A stretch of 64,000 bases of DNA. Origin: Mobula hypostoma. Its lineage: Eukaryota. Under the pieces are notes generated by a model. The model was not told the DNA's origin and searched no databases. It worked only from the letters and a program-made list of their open reading frames with translations. Every line of letters begins with the position of its first letter. The first letter of the stretch is position 1. The translations under genes were made by a program, and so were the position numbers. The stretch is from the NCBI RefSeq assembly GCF_963921235.1, contig NC_086124.1, positions 15,562,001-15,626,000 on the forward strand, in the 5' to 3' direction. Below, piece after piece: positions 41,050 through 54,479 of the stretch.

Positions 41050-42625
41050 AACCATATAAACCATATAACAATTACAGCACGGAAATAGGCTATCTTGGCC
41101 CTTCTAGTCCGTACCGAACGCTTACTCTCACCTAGTCCCACCGACCTGCACTCAGCCCATAACCCTCCATTCCTTTCCTGTACATATAGCTGTCCAATTT
41201 AACTTTAAATGACAACATCGAACCTGCCTCAACCACTTCTGCTGGAAGCTCATTCCACACAGCTACCACTCTCTGAGTAAAGAAGTTCCCCCTCATGTTA
41301 CCCCTAAACTTTTGCCTTTAACTCTCAACTCATGTCCTCTTGTTTCAATCTCCCCTACTCTCAATGGAAAAAGCCTATCCACGTCAACTCTATCTATCCC
41401 CCTCATAATTTTAAATACCTCTATCAAGGCCCCCCTCAACCTTCTACGCTCCAAAGAATAAAGACCCAACTTGTTCAACCTTTCTCTGTAACTTAGGTGA
41501 TAAAACCCAGGTAACATTCTCATAAATCTTCTCTGTATTCTCTCTATTTTGTTGACATCTTTCCTATAATTTGGTGACCAGAACTGTACACAATACTCCA
41601 AATTTAGCCTCACCAATGCCTTGTACAATTTCAACATTACATCTCAACTCCTATACTCAATGCTCTGATTTATGAAGGCCAGCATACCAAAAGCTTTCTT
41701 CACCACCCTATCCACATGAGATTCCACCTTCGGGGAACTATGCACCATTATTCCTAGATCCCTCTGTTCTACTGCATTCTTCAATGCCCTACCATTTACC
41801 ATGTATGTCCTGTTTTGATTAGTCCCACCAAAATGTCGCACCTCATATTTATCAGCATTAAACTCTATCTGCCATCTTTCAGCCCATTCTTCTAACTGGC
41901 CTAAATCTCTCTGCAAGCTTTGAAAACCTACTTCACTCTCAACAATGCCACCTATCTTAGTATCATCTGCATACTTACTAATACAATTTACCACCCCATC
42001 ATCCAGATCATTAATGTATATGACAAACAACATTGGACTCAGTACAGATCCCTGAGGCACACCACTAGTCATCGGCCTTCAATCTGACAAACAGTTATCC
42101 ACCACTACTCTCTGGCATCTCCCATCTAGCTACTGCTGAATCCATTTTACTACTTCACTATTAATACCTAATGATTGAACCTCCCTAACTAACCTTCCAC
42201 GTGGAACCTTGTCAAAGGCCTTACTGAAGTCCATATAGACAACATCCACTGTTTTACCCTTGTCAACTTTCCTGGTAACCTCTTCAAAAAATTCAGTAAG
42301 ATTTGTCAAACATGACTTTCCACGCACAAATCCATGTTGACTGTTCCTAATCAGACCTTGTCTATCCAGATAATTATATATACCACCTCTAAGAATACTT
42401 TCCATCAGTTTACCCACCACGGTCGTCAAACTCACAGGCCGATAATTGCTAGGTTTACTCTTAGAACCCTTTTTAAACAGTGGAACAACATGAGCAATAC
42501 ACCAATCCTTCGGCACCATCCCCGTTTCTAATGACATTTAAAGTATTTCTGTCAGAGCCCCTGCTATTTCTACACTAACTTCCCTCAAGGTCCTAGGGAA
42601 TATCCTGTCAGGACCCGGAGACTTA
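41050..42625 (-). mobile_element. CR1 LINE, relatively young, 5'-truncated
   Basis: ORFs 42130-42537, 41644-42072 and 41293-41637 (SKYADDTK); (tatgg)-type tail. Confidence 0.92.
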
Positions 42626-42959
42626 ATGTTCACAGAATTAATGTTGTAAAGCTAACATAAAACTCCCAACTATACATATATCAATATGCTAAATAATATT
42701 ATCCATCAATTTTGCAAGTTCCTTGAACTAAGCAATTTAAGAGTCAGCTTGTCTATCGCAATAATAAAACAGATGTAGTGACATTGCGTCTGCTTTTCAG
42801 GGACAGAGTGTCTGTGCTTTATACAGATCTTGTTTGCAAAGCTGGTCTACAAAATGTTTTTGAAACTTCAAGCTGATTACTGCTTTCTATTGCTATCTTA
42901 AGAACTGAAGACAGACTTCCATTTATGACCAGAAACTAAACAAAGCAAAATAGTTGAAA

Positions 42960-43178
42960 CGTAAACACGAGGAAATCTGCAGATGCTGGAATTTTAAGCA
43001 ACACACTTAAAAGTTGCTGGTGAACGCAGCAGGCCAGGCAGCATCTCTAGGAAGAGGTACAGTCGACGTTTCGGGCCAAGAGCTTTCGAAGGGTCTCGGA
43101 CCGAAACGTCGACTGTACCTCTTCCTAGAGATGCTGCCTGGCCTGCTGAGTTCACCAGCAACTTTTAAGTGTGTTGCT
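42960..43178. repeat. TSD-flanked 182-bp palindrome made of head-to-head Penelope-like units
   Basis: Inverted arms span 42997-43178, centred on ttc|gaa. Flanks are CAAAATAGTTGAAA (42946-42959) and CAAAACAGTTGAAA (43179-43192). Confidence 0.85.
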
Positions 43179-44369
43179 CAAAACAGTTGAAAATCTATTT
43201 TGGATCTTATATTGACAGATGTTGTGCTTAGAAGGCAAGGTTAACAAAAAAACCAAGGAGGAGGCTGACTACTGTTGAAGTGAATATTCATGAGTTATGG
43301 GCAAAGTTTGGACAGGCTAGAACATTTTACCTTGGCGTGTAGGAATTGCAGTTTGACTTTACAAAGATGTATTTAATAATAAAAGCCTAGATGGGTGAGT
43401 GCACACAGTCTTTTTCCCCAACAAGAGGGAATCAAAATCAAAGGATATAGATTTCAGGTGAAAGTGACTGATGCTGATACAGTATCAGTATTTAAAAGAC
43501 AGATTATCAGTTGGTGGATTGAGAAGGGCAAGACAAATATGGCCAAGACAGGAAAATTGAATTGGATTAGATAGTCATCTTGGTCGGAATGGACCAGTGA
43601 GCCCTGCATTACCTTCTGGTTATCCAGCAGCATCCCATCTGACAAACTGTTTATAACACCCACACTCACTTACTAAATGTATATTTAGAAAGAAATCTCA
43701 CTATAAAATGTTTCGTCTTTCACTGATAAACTTTCTTTTTTATGTTGTTCTTTTCAAATAATCCTCCCTCGGTAAAAATGTCTATTTTCCTTCCTCAATT
43801 AAGGACTTTACATTGAAATGTCTCTTGGTGATGCCCAACTTTTTTTGCGCAGCCATTTGAGAGATGATGTCATAGAAGCTTGCTGTTACTGACATTATTC
43901 TCTCAATGAAGCGCTGATGTGAGCACGGGATGGCAGCAAGGCCCATTGTGAGGGTGGCAGCGACAGAACTGAATGGGGCAAGTCTGTACTTGCTACAGTT
44001 TCAAAGATGAGAGGTGATATAATGGGGTTTGCAGGTTGGCGTGGAGATTTAGAAGCCAACGACTGAATCAGACGTATTGCACTTTGCTCTCCTCTGTTGG
44101 CAATTGGATACAGGAGCAGATTGGTGGAGACTGGTGGGTCTGACTGCTCCACCACTGTGGGCATTGGCTTCTTCTCATTCTTTCTGCCGCCCAGGGAACT
44201 GTGAGTGCCTTACTGCTCTGGCTCCCTACCTCAGGTTTCACATCCTTGGGCTCACATACTCCTTGGATGTCACCCACCACTCCCTCTGTAACCTCCTCCC
44301 ATGCTGGAAAACTCCCATATCTCTGCCCTCTTTCATATCCTCACATTACTGTTTATAGATTGGTGGCAT

Positions 44370-44800
44370 GTGCCTAGTGTTACAGGGATTCGTGCTGGGT
44401 CCCCTGTTGGTTGTCATATCTGGCATCAAGTTTAACACAATATCAAGGGCAGAACGGTGTGGCACTGAGAAGTGTGGTAGAACAGAGGAAGCTGGGAATG
44501 CAGATCCATAATTCCATGGAGGTGGCGTCACAAGAGGGTCGTAAAGACAGCTTTTGAGAGATTAAATCAGTGTTCAGTACAGAAGTTGGGATGTTGAAGC
44601 TGTACAAGACATTGCTGAGGCCATTCACTTACGTACAGAAAAGATATCAGTAAGACTGAAAGAGTAGAGACTTGAGGAACCGAGTGATAAGGAAAGGTTG
44701 AACAAGTGAGGACTGTATTCCCTGGAGTGTAGGAGAATGAGGGGAGATTTGACAGAACATACAAATTCATGAGGGATATTGATAGGGTGAATGAATGTAG
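44370..44800 (+). mobile_element. Degenerate CR1 RT fragment
   Basis: Remnant QGFVLGPLL and C-terminal CR1 similarity. Confidence 0.65.
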
Positions 44801-45269
44801 GCATTGTATTGTATTGTATTGTAACAAATGTGTTTGATCTTACAGCTACTGCAGGGACATGGTAGCAGGCTGCCTGGGACTGAGAACTCAGTATTCCAGC
44901 ATATTCAATGTTCCACGCCCTCACCCGAACCCTCCCTTAGCGGTTCCTTTTCCAGATCCTCCCCCTACATGAATCAACACTATTTCCCAACATCCCCACA
45001 ACCATTCACAGCCACTAAACCACCCAAAACAGCCCCCAGGCCGAGCCAACGCCCACACGAGTGAAGAAGTTTCCGCTCATGATCACTTTAAATATTTCAC
45101 CCTTCGCCATTAACCCATGACCTCTACTTGTAGTCTCACCCAACCTCAGTGTAAAGAAGCCTGCTCTCATTTACCCTATCTCATAATTTCATACCCTCAC
45201 AAATGTCCCTTCAAGCATGTACGTTCCATTGAATAAAGTCCTAAACTATTCAATCTTTCCTTCTAACTT

Positions 45270-45365
45270 GGGTTTAATGCGCAGGCGCACGGGTCACAGA
45301 TCGTCTCACTAACGCGCATGCGCTTCACCGACGAACGTCTCGGGAGGACCGGCAGCAGGTAGGAT
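45270..45365 (+). promoter_or_regulatory. CpG-island promoter and candidate first exon, probably of the zinc-finger gene
   Basis: NRF1-type motifs TGCGCAGGCGCA 45278-45289 and GCGCATGCGC 45314-45323; donor CAG|GTAGG at 45359. Confidence 0.65.
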
Positions 45366-45522
45366 GTGGACTCCGGGCGGGGGTTTGAGCGGCACCGGCG
45401 CCCGCACCGCGATCCCGGGACAGTTGCTGTGAGCCCCGCACCCCGGGACAGTCTCAGTTCTCTCCATCTTTCTCTTAGTCCCACGATCCGTACCCAGGCC
45501 CCGGGAAACTACTTTCTGCTGA

Positions 45523-48500
45523 CTTTTAATGGCGGTTGGCAGTCCATTTTAAAGGTGCATTACCGCCACCAACTGGACTGGAGTGTGGTGTGGAAAACTA
45601 AATGACCCCAAAAGCCCTATAAATTTTAAATAATGAAAGACAATATTGTGAATTATATTAAAGTCACTTCCATAACTTTAATGAAAACTGTCAATCCCCA
45701 AAGCTAGTTTTTGAATGAAAACTCAATCCCCAAAGCTCATAGTGTAGTCAGCATTTGCTTTTTTTCCAACCTTCTATGCTTCACATTGTAAAAGAATGTT
45801 TTCAACTGTTTCATAATAATGACAACACCTACACACCCCAGAGTGATATTTTCCAACAAGATACAAGGAATAATTAAGCATAGTATAACCAATTCTCAGT
45901 CGAGCCAATATAATTCTTTCCCTTCTTGTCTTACCTCCTCCTGCCATCAATCCAATGTATTCTGTAAAGGTGTCTCCTCTGATGCCCGTTTCCCACAAGT
46001 CTTGCTGTAATCTCCCCAATAACCCCTTAGCTTCTGATTTGCTAAGTGGAAGGCCTGTATCCACAGATGAACTTTTAACAGCTGTTTTGGTCAAACAATC
46101 AACCTGCTCATTCCCTTCACCACCTCTGTGTGCAGGGACCCATAAGTAGAGACATGCAGACCAATGCTTTGAATATGAAATAAAGTTTGAAGAGCTTCCA
46201 GCAGTAAATCAGTCCTACTGCTAGGGTGACTTGTTTTAAGACTAGTCAAAATTGAAAAAGACTGAACAAATCATAACTTTGCAAGGACATATTTCCTACG
46301 CCCACTGTAAGACCAACATGACAGCAACCAGTTCTGCAGTATACACTGATAAATAGTTAGTAAGACGTTTCTTTGTTACCTGAAATTCAGGCAGAAAACA
46401 GCCACACTGACATTTCCTGTTAAATTATATTTTGATTCATCGGTAAAAATGGTTAACATATCACAGTAATTCTCCTTAACGTACTGATGAACCAACAGAC
46501 TCTCAGACATATCAGGTTCCTTTGATTTCATTAAATCATGCAACATAAAATCAATCAAAACCATTGATAAAATCCATGGTGGGGTTACCGAACATGCTAC
46601 AGTGGGACACATTACACAATCCAGAAAACCTATATTCTTAGTGTGATGAGAATGCAGCCACCCAAAACTAAAATCACTCTTCTTGTGATGTTCCCAATGG
46701 TCTTCCAAAACACTCTTAACAGGGTGATCATTCCTCTGCCCCCCTCAAGTTAACCCAGTATGTTAACATCATCTTCAGCCTTTGCAACTGTCAGGGTAAT
46801 TGTCCCATTTCAACCAGTGAGGCTGAAACAGGAGATGACCTTACTGCACCACAGCACAGTCTTAAAGCCTGAGCTCGTATACATGCAAACATTTTAAATT
46901 TGAAGCCACACAGCCATAATCAAGTGCAGATCTAAATAAATAAATATATAAAGTGAACAGAGATTTTCATGTAGCACCCCAAGAGTACCCACATAGACAC
47001 TTAACATACTGCTTTACATTTGTCAATTATCTTACTGATATGGTGCTTCCGTGTTAGCTTATCATCCAGTCACACGCCAAGAAATCTTACCACTGACACT
47101 TCTTCAAGAGTTGGACTATACAATTTCAAATTGTGTGCAGGTCTATTGATCCTCTTTGTAAAACATATAACTTGTGTTTTAGCTACTGAAAGCTTAAAAC
47201 CCCATCTATTTGCCCACTGTTTGACCTTGTTAATTGCTAATTGCATCATATATACAGTCAAATTTATTTATTTTTTTCTCTGATGCATAAAGCTCCATCA
47301 TCTGCAAAGAGTGATTTACCCACCCCAGTATTTTGGAGAAAATATGATTAATCATAATATTAAACAATAAAGGGTTGCAAATACTGCCTTGTGATGCCCC
47401 ATTCTCTGTCTCATGCTGAATATACCTTTCCTACCCTTACCTGCATAGACCGTCCAAATAAGAAAATCAGAAAAAAAAGTATCTCACCTTCCTCCCACTC
47501 CCAATTTCCAAAATTTAATCAAAAGACCCTCCCTCCTTAACATATCATGCTTTTTCTATATCAAAAGATACTGCTATTATAACTTTATTTACCTGTGTTT
47601 TATTAATATCATCTTCCAGACATAAAACTGAATCCAATATCATTCTACCCTTCTGAAATCCACTCTGATAAAATGCTATATCACCTCTTTTTCCCAAAAT
47701 ATAATTCAACTGCTCTATTATCATACGTTCCATAAGTTTACACAAATGGAACATTAATGATATTGGTCTATAACTAGAAGGCTCTGATGGGGGGCTTTCC
47801 AGGTTTTAGAATAAGCACTAAAACTGCCATTTTCCATGAGGAGGGTAGATAGCCTAAATTCAAATATGATTCCAGAATTTTAATATTAGCTTAAGAGAGC
47901 TGTCAGCCATATGTTGAAACATACAATAACATATATCACCCTTTCCTGGAGCTGTCTGACCTGCACTAATAATAGCTTTCATAAATTCACACAAAGAAAA
48001 CTTTACATCACTAATACTATCAATGCTATTGTTATCTTCCAACACATCAGGGTATTCACTTCGAAAGTTATCCCTATATGCTTTAACCTCTTCGCTTAAA
48101 TTATCTTAGAACCATAGAAACATAGAAAACCTACAGCATAATACAGGCCCTTCGGCCCACAAAGCTGTGCCGAACATGTCTTTATCTGAAAAATTACCTA
48201 GTGTTAGCCATAGCCCTCTATTTTTCTGAGCTCCATATACCTGCTCAGGAGTCTCTTAAAATAGGATGGCATATTTAAGTGCTCCGATAAAGACCTTGGT
48301 CCCTTGGGGAAAGTAACGAATAATTATACCAAATTTATTTTGAATCCCATGGAGCATGTGGAAACCTTCCAACACCCAGGCGGTTCTTTTTTCTCTCTTT
48401 CTTTCTTTTTAGGTAGGACTATATATATGGGGGGGGGGAGGGTTACCGGGAGGGGGGAGGGTAGATTTTACCTTTTCATGTATTTTTGAAAACTCAATAA

Positions 48501-50840
48501 AAATTATATTAAAAAAAAAGGAGTCTCTTAAAGGACGCTATCGTATCGGCCTCCACTACCGTCGCCGGCTTATGAATTGGAGCAAATGACTGAGCCAGTA
48601 ACTCAACCTTCTCTGTTTCAGTAACAATCGTATTGTCTTCTTTGATCAATACTGGAATGTTATTAGCCCTATGAATTCTCCCCCCTATTTTTTTAATCAT
48701 TCTCCAAACATCTCCAAGTTTAATACCCTTCCAATACTATCACAATATGACCTCCAGTAAATCTTTTTCACAACCTTCACTACTTTCCTCACCACGGAAT
48801 GGGAATCACTTTCACCACAGTTTGAGGAATAATGTGACATAATCTTTCATTGCAGAAATCCATATTATCCTCAATATTCAGCTCTGATAGATGTTCATCA
48901 TGTAAACCTCTCCCAATTTGCTTTACCAAAATTACACCTCCTAAGAGTGGCCTATCGCCTATAGAAATTCACACCCGAGCTTCTAAATATAGGAAAATGA
49001 TAGCTTCCCACTGTTTCATCTCCCATGACATCCCACTTACTCAGTCCAGCCAGAATGTTCATAACTAAAGTTAAATCTACAGCAGTTTCAAAACTAGTAT
49101 GAACATTAAATCTCAGGCCCCTCTCACACAAGATGTGAAATATCTAAAAACTTCTGCAATCAAACAATTACCATCATTCTGCGAACAACCCCACAGTGAA
49201 CTATGTGCATTAAAATCACCACACCATACAACCCTTAGTGAGCAAGAGCGACATATGCTTTCCAGCAAATCAATCAAGAGCTTTCCACAAGGGTTAGAAA
49301 AATTTACCATTTTAATACCCCTACCTGTTGAATCAAATATTTCTATTACAAGTGCCTCATATACTTCATTTTCATCTACAACTTTACGTCCTGTCCTTTT
49401 CCTTACAAAACTTGCAACACCAACCCCTCCACCAAAACTAATCTGTCATGCCTAACTAGAATATAATCCAGCGAAGAAAAATTTAAATGTTATAACAACC
49501 AAGTTTCCTGAATACATATAACTTTGGGTGGATTTGATAAATCAGAAACTTCTTAAAAAGTCTTGATCATTAGAAATCAGGCTTCTCGCATTCCACTGCA
49601 ATATTCTTATGCCCATTAAACATCACAAGGAGACTGAAATACAGATACCCCACCCATTATAGCTTAATTTATGGTTTCCCACATAATACCAGTTATACCC
49701 AGATAACTTTTCTGCAGCTTCCACAATAATTTTAATTTTCTCAGTACGACTAGATGTCAGAGCAGTACAGTTCACCACATCTGTTCTAAACATCACAAAC
49801 TTCATTTTATCAACTAGTAAAGTGTCTTTAGTAAGAGAAGTATGATGCCGATATATAGCCTTTGACTTCACAGTCTGTTCTCTGACTGGTAATACTTTAT
49901 CAATGTTTGGTTTAACTCTTTGCACAGACACACCTTTAACCTTTTGAACTTAAGCTGCCTTCTTAAGTACTTAACATCCTCTATGTTCTCCTCCACAATT
50001 ACAACAATTAAACTTTACGCCCTCACAATCTTCATACTTTTATGTTCCCCACCACACTTACTACATCTTAGTTTCCCATGACATACTGCCGCAACCTGCC
50101 TAAATCTCTGACATTCGTAACGCCTAAGCGGGGATGGAATATGAGGTTTATAACTAACCCCAAACTAACTTTATCAGAGAGCTTCACTTCATCAAAACAT
50201 ATTAATGTAGATAAACTATCCATCCCTTCCCCATTTCTGACTACTTGTAATCTCTTTGCTGCCTTAACCTTGCCTCCCAGTAAATGAGATTTAACCTCTT
50301 CTATCAAAATCTCCACCGGAACACCTGCTATACATCCTTAATACCTCTATTTTCATTAGGCAAAGTAGGTACTATCTTTTTGCCAAATTAAGTTCTTCAA
50401 TTGTAATGCCTTCTTACACGGCTTTTTATCCTTACACACAATTAACATCTTCCCGAAAGTATGAGCTGCTTTTAGCTTTGGAGTTAATGGGACTGATGGA
50501 GGGTGGCTGTTCCGGTTCAAATTTAAGCAATAGCTTGAAGTCTTTCTTTTTTTTTCAAAATATCCATCCCTTCCTCTCCATCACTTGAAATCATTCCATT
50601 ATTATGTTTCTTATTCCATTTTCCAGATCTGGATTTGACTTCCTTACAAACCCTCCTGCCAACTCGCCGTCACCCGAACCCTCCATTTGCAGTTCCTTTT
50701 CCGGAACCTCCCCCTACCTGAACCAACACTATTTCTCAACATCCCCACACCATACACAGCCAGCGCCACCAACTGCCACACCTCCCTATTCTCCGTCCAC
50801 AGCAATTGAGCCTCGAGCCCAATTCATCCCCCCGGGAAGG
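45523..50840 (-). mobile_element. Near full-length Nimb/I-group LINE (ORF1 CCHC knuckles; APE-RT-RNase H ORF2), degenerate
   Basis: ECQRF..VCHGK.RCSKCGGEH, WCGDFNAH, FDIEKA, SLFADDGA, IFTDESK, WVPAH..GNEQVD, ARLRIGYT, C..C..ETVE..LLQC. Candidate TSD TTTCTGCTGA at 45513-45522 and 50841-50850. Confidence 0.85.
48261..48518 (+). mobile_element. L1-like poly(A) insertion nested in a CR1 3' fragment (about 48108-48570), itself nested in the Nimb element
   Basis: G-tracts, AATAAA and an A-tail; TSD AGGAGTCTCTTAAA at 48247-48260 and 48519-48532. Confidence 0.8.
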
Positions 50841-52012
50841 TTTCTGCTGATGAGCGAAGGTAATGGTGTTTCCTGTGGTGCATGCGCATTGCTGGGACAC
50901 CGTGACATATAGACCGGTCTCTTGTTCGTGGGGCTCTCTGGGTACAGAGGCAGCCATGGGTGTCACTTCTACAGCTTTCCCCACCAGTCCGTAGGGCATG
51001 TTTGGAAGCACAGGTAGTGGAATGGGACCGGATGGATCTGCTGGCGAATATCTAAATCCAAGGATTAGGAACTCGGGATAGAAATACAGAGAATCTTTCT
51101 ATCAATAAAAATGTCTCTTGGACTGTATGGAGAAAAGGAACAAGATCCTTCCATCAGCTTTAATTCTTGAGAAAATCACCTTTGTTCGACCTCCTCTTCT
51201 GGACCTTTCTCCTTGTGAGATCATGTTTTGTCCCATTCTCTCTGGGTACATAGTGACATCAAACAATTTTGTCCCAGGTAACAAGTGACCTGTAGCTTTC
51301 ACATCACAAAAGTGCCACACACTCCAAGGAGAAAGACTAGTGTCCACCCCTTCATTGCCATCGATTAGATCACCACCATCAAGCACCTGCTGTGCTGGGG
51401 GTCAGAGTAATTGGAAAGTCTCCAGGATCAGCCATGAGAGTCTCCAGGGTCACTTGCTGTATTCTCTGATGTCAGAGCTCGACGTAGAGACTAGAGTTGT
51501 CTCATATGAAGTGTCATCCTTCACGTATTGATGTCTTTTGTAATTCATTTTACAGGCTAGCAACGACAAAGGATTTGTGCAGAGGAATCTCAAACACAAC
51601 AACACATCAGTTTTGCTGTCTCTGTCCAGATAGTTAAGGAGTGACCGGCTATTTCCTTTTTATCACCTATGTATCTGTTATTGATCCTCGGAGACGACAA
51701 ATTATCTCATCCCAGCTGGGAATGTTCTTTGTATCTGAAGTGAAGTTTTCTGTTGTAATTCAGTGAAATTGACTGGAACCAGGGTACTGAGAACCCACTA
51801 GCATTTGTTCACAAGGGATCAGTCCTTTAACTGCATTGACTCTGCGAGGGATCCACTGACTCATCCCAACTGGAGACACACCAGTGAGTTCACACTGAGG
51901 AGAGGCTGGTCACCTGCTCAGACTGTGGGAGGGGATTCGCTCAATCATTTGACTTACAGAGAGACCGCGAGTTCACACTGGAGAGAGTCTGTTCACCTGC
52001 TCAGATTTTGGG

Positions 52013-53269
52013 ATGGGATTCATCCAGTCATTCAAAGCACAGCGACACCAACGAGTTCACACAGGGGAAAGGCCGTTCATCTGTTCCGAATGTGGGAAGG
52101 GATTCACTCGGTCATTTCTACTGAAGGTACATCAGCGACTTCACACTGGGGAGAGGCCATTCAGCTGCTCAGACTGTGGGAAGGGATTTACTCAGTCGTC
52201 TCAACTACTGGCACACCAATCAGTTCACACTGGGGAGAGGCCTTTCACCTGTTCAGAATGTGGGAAGGGATTCACTCGGTCATTTCTACTGAAGGTACAT
52301 CAACGACTTCACACTGGGGAGAAACCATTCACTTGCTCAGACTGTGGGAAGGGATTCACTCAGGCATCCCAACTACAGAGACACCAGTCAGTTCACACTG
52401 GGAAGAGACCATTCACCTGCTCAGACTGTAAGAAGGGATTCACTCAGACATCTGACCTCCTGGCACACCAGCGAATTCACACTGGAGAGAGGCCATTCAT
52501 CTGTTCTGAATGTGGGAAAGGATTCACTCACTCATCTACTTTACTGAAACACCAGCGAGTTCACACTGGGGAGAGGCCATTCATCTGTTCTGTGTGTGGG
52601 AAGGGATTCTCTCAGTCATCTGGCCTACAGACACACCAGCAAGTTCACACTGGGGAGAGGCCGTTCACCTGTTCAGACTGTGGGAAGGGATTCACTCGGT
52701 CATCTCAATTGAAGGTACATCAGCGAATTCACACCGGGGAGAAGCCATTCACCTGTTCTGACTGTGGGAAGGGATTTACTCATTCATCTGACTTACTGGC
52801 ACACCAGCGAGTTCACACTGGGGAGAGACCATTCTCTTGCTCAGAATGTGGGAAGGGATTCACTCAGTCATCCAATCTACAGAGACACCAGCGAGTTCAC
52901 ACTGGGGAGAGGCCGTTCACTTGTTCAGACTGTGGGAAGGGATTTATTCAGTCATCTCAACTGCTGGCACACCGATCAGTTCACAATGGGGAGAGGCCAT
53001 TCACCTGTTCAGACTGTGGGAAGGGATTCACTCAGTTGTCTCAACTGAAGGTACATCATCGAATTCACACTGGGGAGAAGCCTTTCACCTGCTTGGACTG
53101 TGGGAAGGGATTCACACAATTATCCACCATACAGAGACACCAGCGAGTTCACACTGGGGAGAGACCGTTCACCTGTTCTAGGTGTGGGAAGGGATTCACT
53201 CGGTCCTCCAGTCTACAGAGACACCAGTCAGTTCACACTAGGGAGAGTCCATTCAACTGCTCTGACTGA
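52013..53269 (+). CDS. Tandem C2H2 zinc-finger protein, 14 intact fingers, no effector domain seen
   Basis: Repeated F-x-C-x2-C-GKGF-x5-L-x2-H-x3-H-TGERP. Candidate acceptor ttcattttacag at 51544-51555. Degenerate fingers flank the ORF (51810-52060 and 53270-53580). Confidence 0.85.
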   Translation: MGFIQSFKAQRHQRVHTGERPFICSECGKGFTRSFLLKVHQRLHTGERPFSCSDCGKGFTQSSQLLAHQSVHTGERPFTCSECGKGFTRSFLLKVHQRLHTGEKPFTCSDCGKGFTQASQLQRHQSVHTGKRPFTCSDCKKGFTQTSDLLAHQRIHTGERPFICSECGKGFTHSSTLLKHQRVHTGERPFICSVCGKGFSQSSGLQTHQQVHTGERPFTCSDCGKGFTRSSQLKVHQRIHTGEKPFTCSDCGKGFTHSSDLLAHQRVHTGERPFSCSECGKGFTQSSNLQRHQRVHTGERPFTCSDCGKGFIQSSQLLAHRSVHNGERPFTCSDCGKGFTQLSQLKVHHRIHTGEKPFTCLDCGKGFTQLSTIQRHQRVHTGERPFTCSRCGKGFTRSSSLQRHQSVHTRESPFNCSD

Positions 53270-54479
53270 GGAAAAGGATTTAGCCAGTCATCTCAAATGA
53301 CTGGCACACCAGTCAGTTCACACTGGGGAGAGGCCGTTCACCTGTTCTGACTAGGAAGAGATTCACTCAGTCATCTGGTTTACAGAGTCATCAGTCAGTT
53401 CACACTGGGGAGAGGCCATTCATCTCCTATGACTGAGGGAAGGGATGCACTTCGTCATCTGACCTACAGGGATGCCAGTGAGTTCACCTTGGGGAGAAAC
53501 CATCCAGCTGTTCTGAATGTGGGAACTCACTCATCCCTCTTTGTGGCACACTGATAGACTATCGAGTTCACACTGAGGGAAATGTTTAAATCGGCTGCAT
53601 GCTTGATATTTAACCATTACAGTTGTTGAATCCAGAGGCAAGTTTAAAAGTGACTTTTGGTGTTGGAACTCTAAAATTATTGCTGCATTCACTTCTGCAC
53701 CCTGGTCACTGGGCAAGGGAGGAATTTCTTCTGTGAATGTTTAATGGGACTGGATTTTCTTATTCTGCATCTGTGACTAATCAATCAGTTCTATTTTAAA
53801 CCCTGTCCAGGGTATTTAGTGAATCTACAACACACCCAGTGTGCAGTAGAGACTCAACTCAGCCCAGCTGTGTCCCTGTCAGTGTTTTTGTTCCACAATG
53901 GTCCTTTTTAATCCATTCCTGCTGTTCACCTCTCTCTCTCCCTGTGGTGATGCATTCCTAACAGAGGTCTCCGTTGTTTTTCCTGCATGACTTCACGCAG
54001 AATGAAGGTGACAATAAGCAGACTGCAGTTATGTCCCACATGTTCTTCATCCCTCAAATTTCTTGGCCGAGGAAGACTGACATTGGCAGCTACCCTTCTC
54101 CTTCCCAGCCCTTTTCAATGTTATGGGACAGTTTCACTGCTTCTAAAGTGCAGATTCACACAGCTGGGTTGATAGAATACACCACGATCCACAAAAGTCG
54201 GAAAGCAGAATGGAGGACCAATAGTTGTTCAGTGGAACATGGTCGGAAACCAGAGATGGCTCAGCAGAGGGTAGAATTTGGGGCTCTGGGCAGTGGTAGG
54301 GGTAAGAGCATATGATAATGTGCAGGGGGCAGTGGCAACGAACGACACAGTGGCAACATTTGGCAGCTGATTGACAGAGAAAATAAAACTTGGTTGACTG
54401 ACTGCTGACACACACCGTGCCTGTTAACATTGAGTATATTGCTTGTGACAGTTTCTGTTACACTGTTAAGGATAATAGG

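Noticed and set aside
51102-51386. 94-aa minus-strand ORF upstream of the ZNF exon
   Set aside because: No motif support, and it is on the wrong strand to be a ZNF effector exon.
51805-53300. Repetitive off-frame ORFs (SSHWGEA..., MGRDS...)
   Set aside because: They are alternative frames of the 84-bp zinc-finger repeat. The repeat is coding and has no unique spacers, so it is not a CRISPR-like array.
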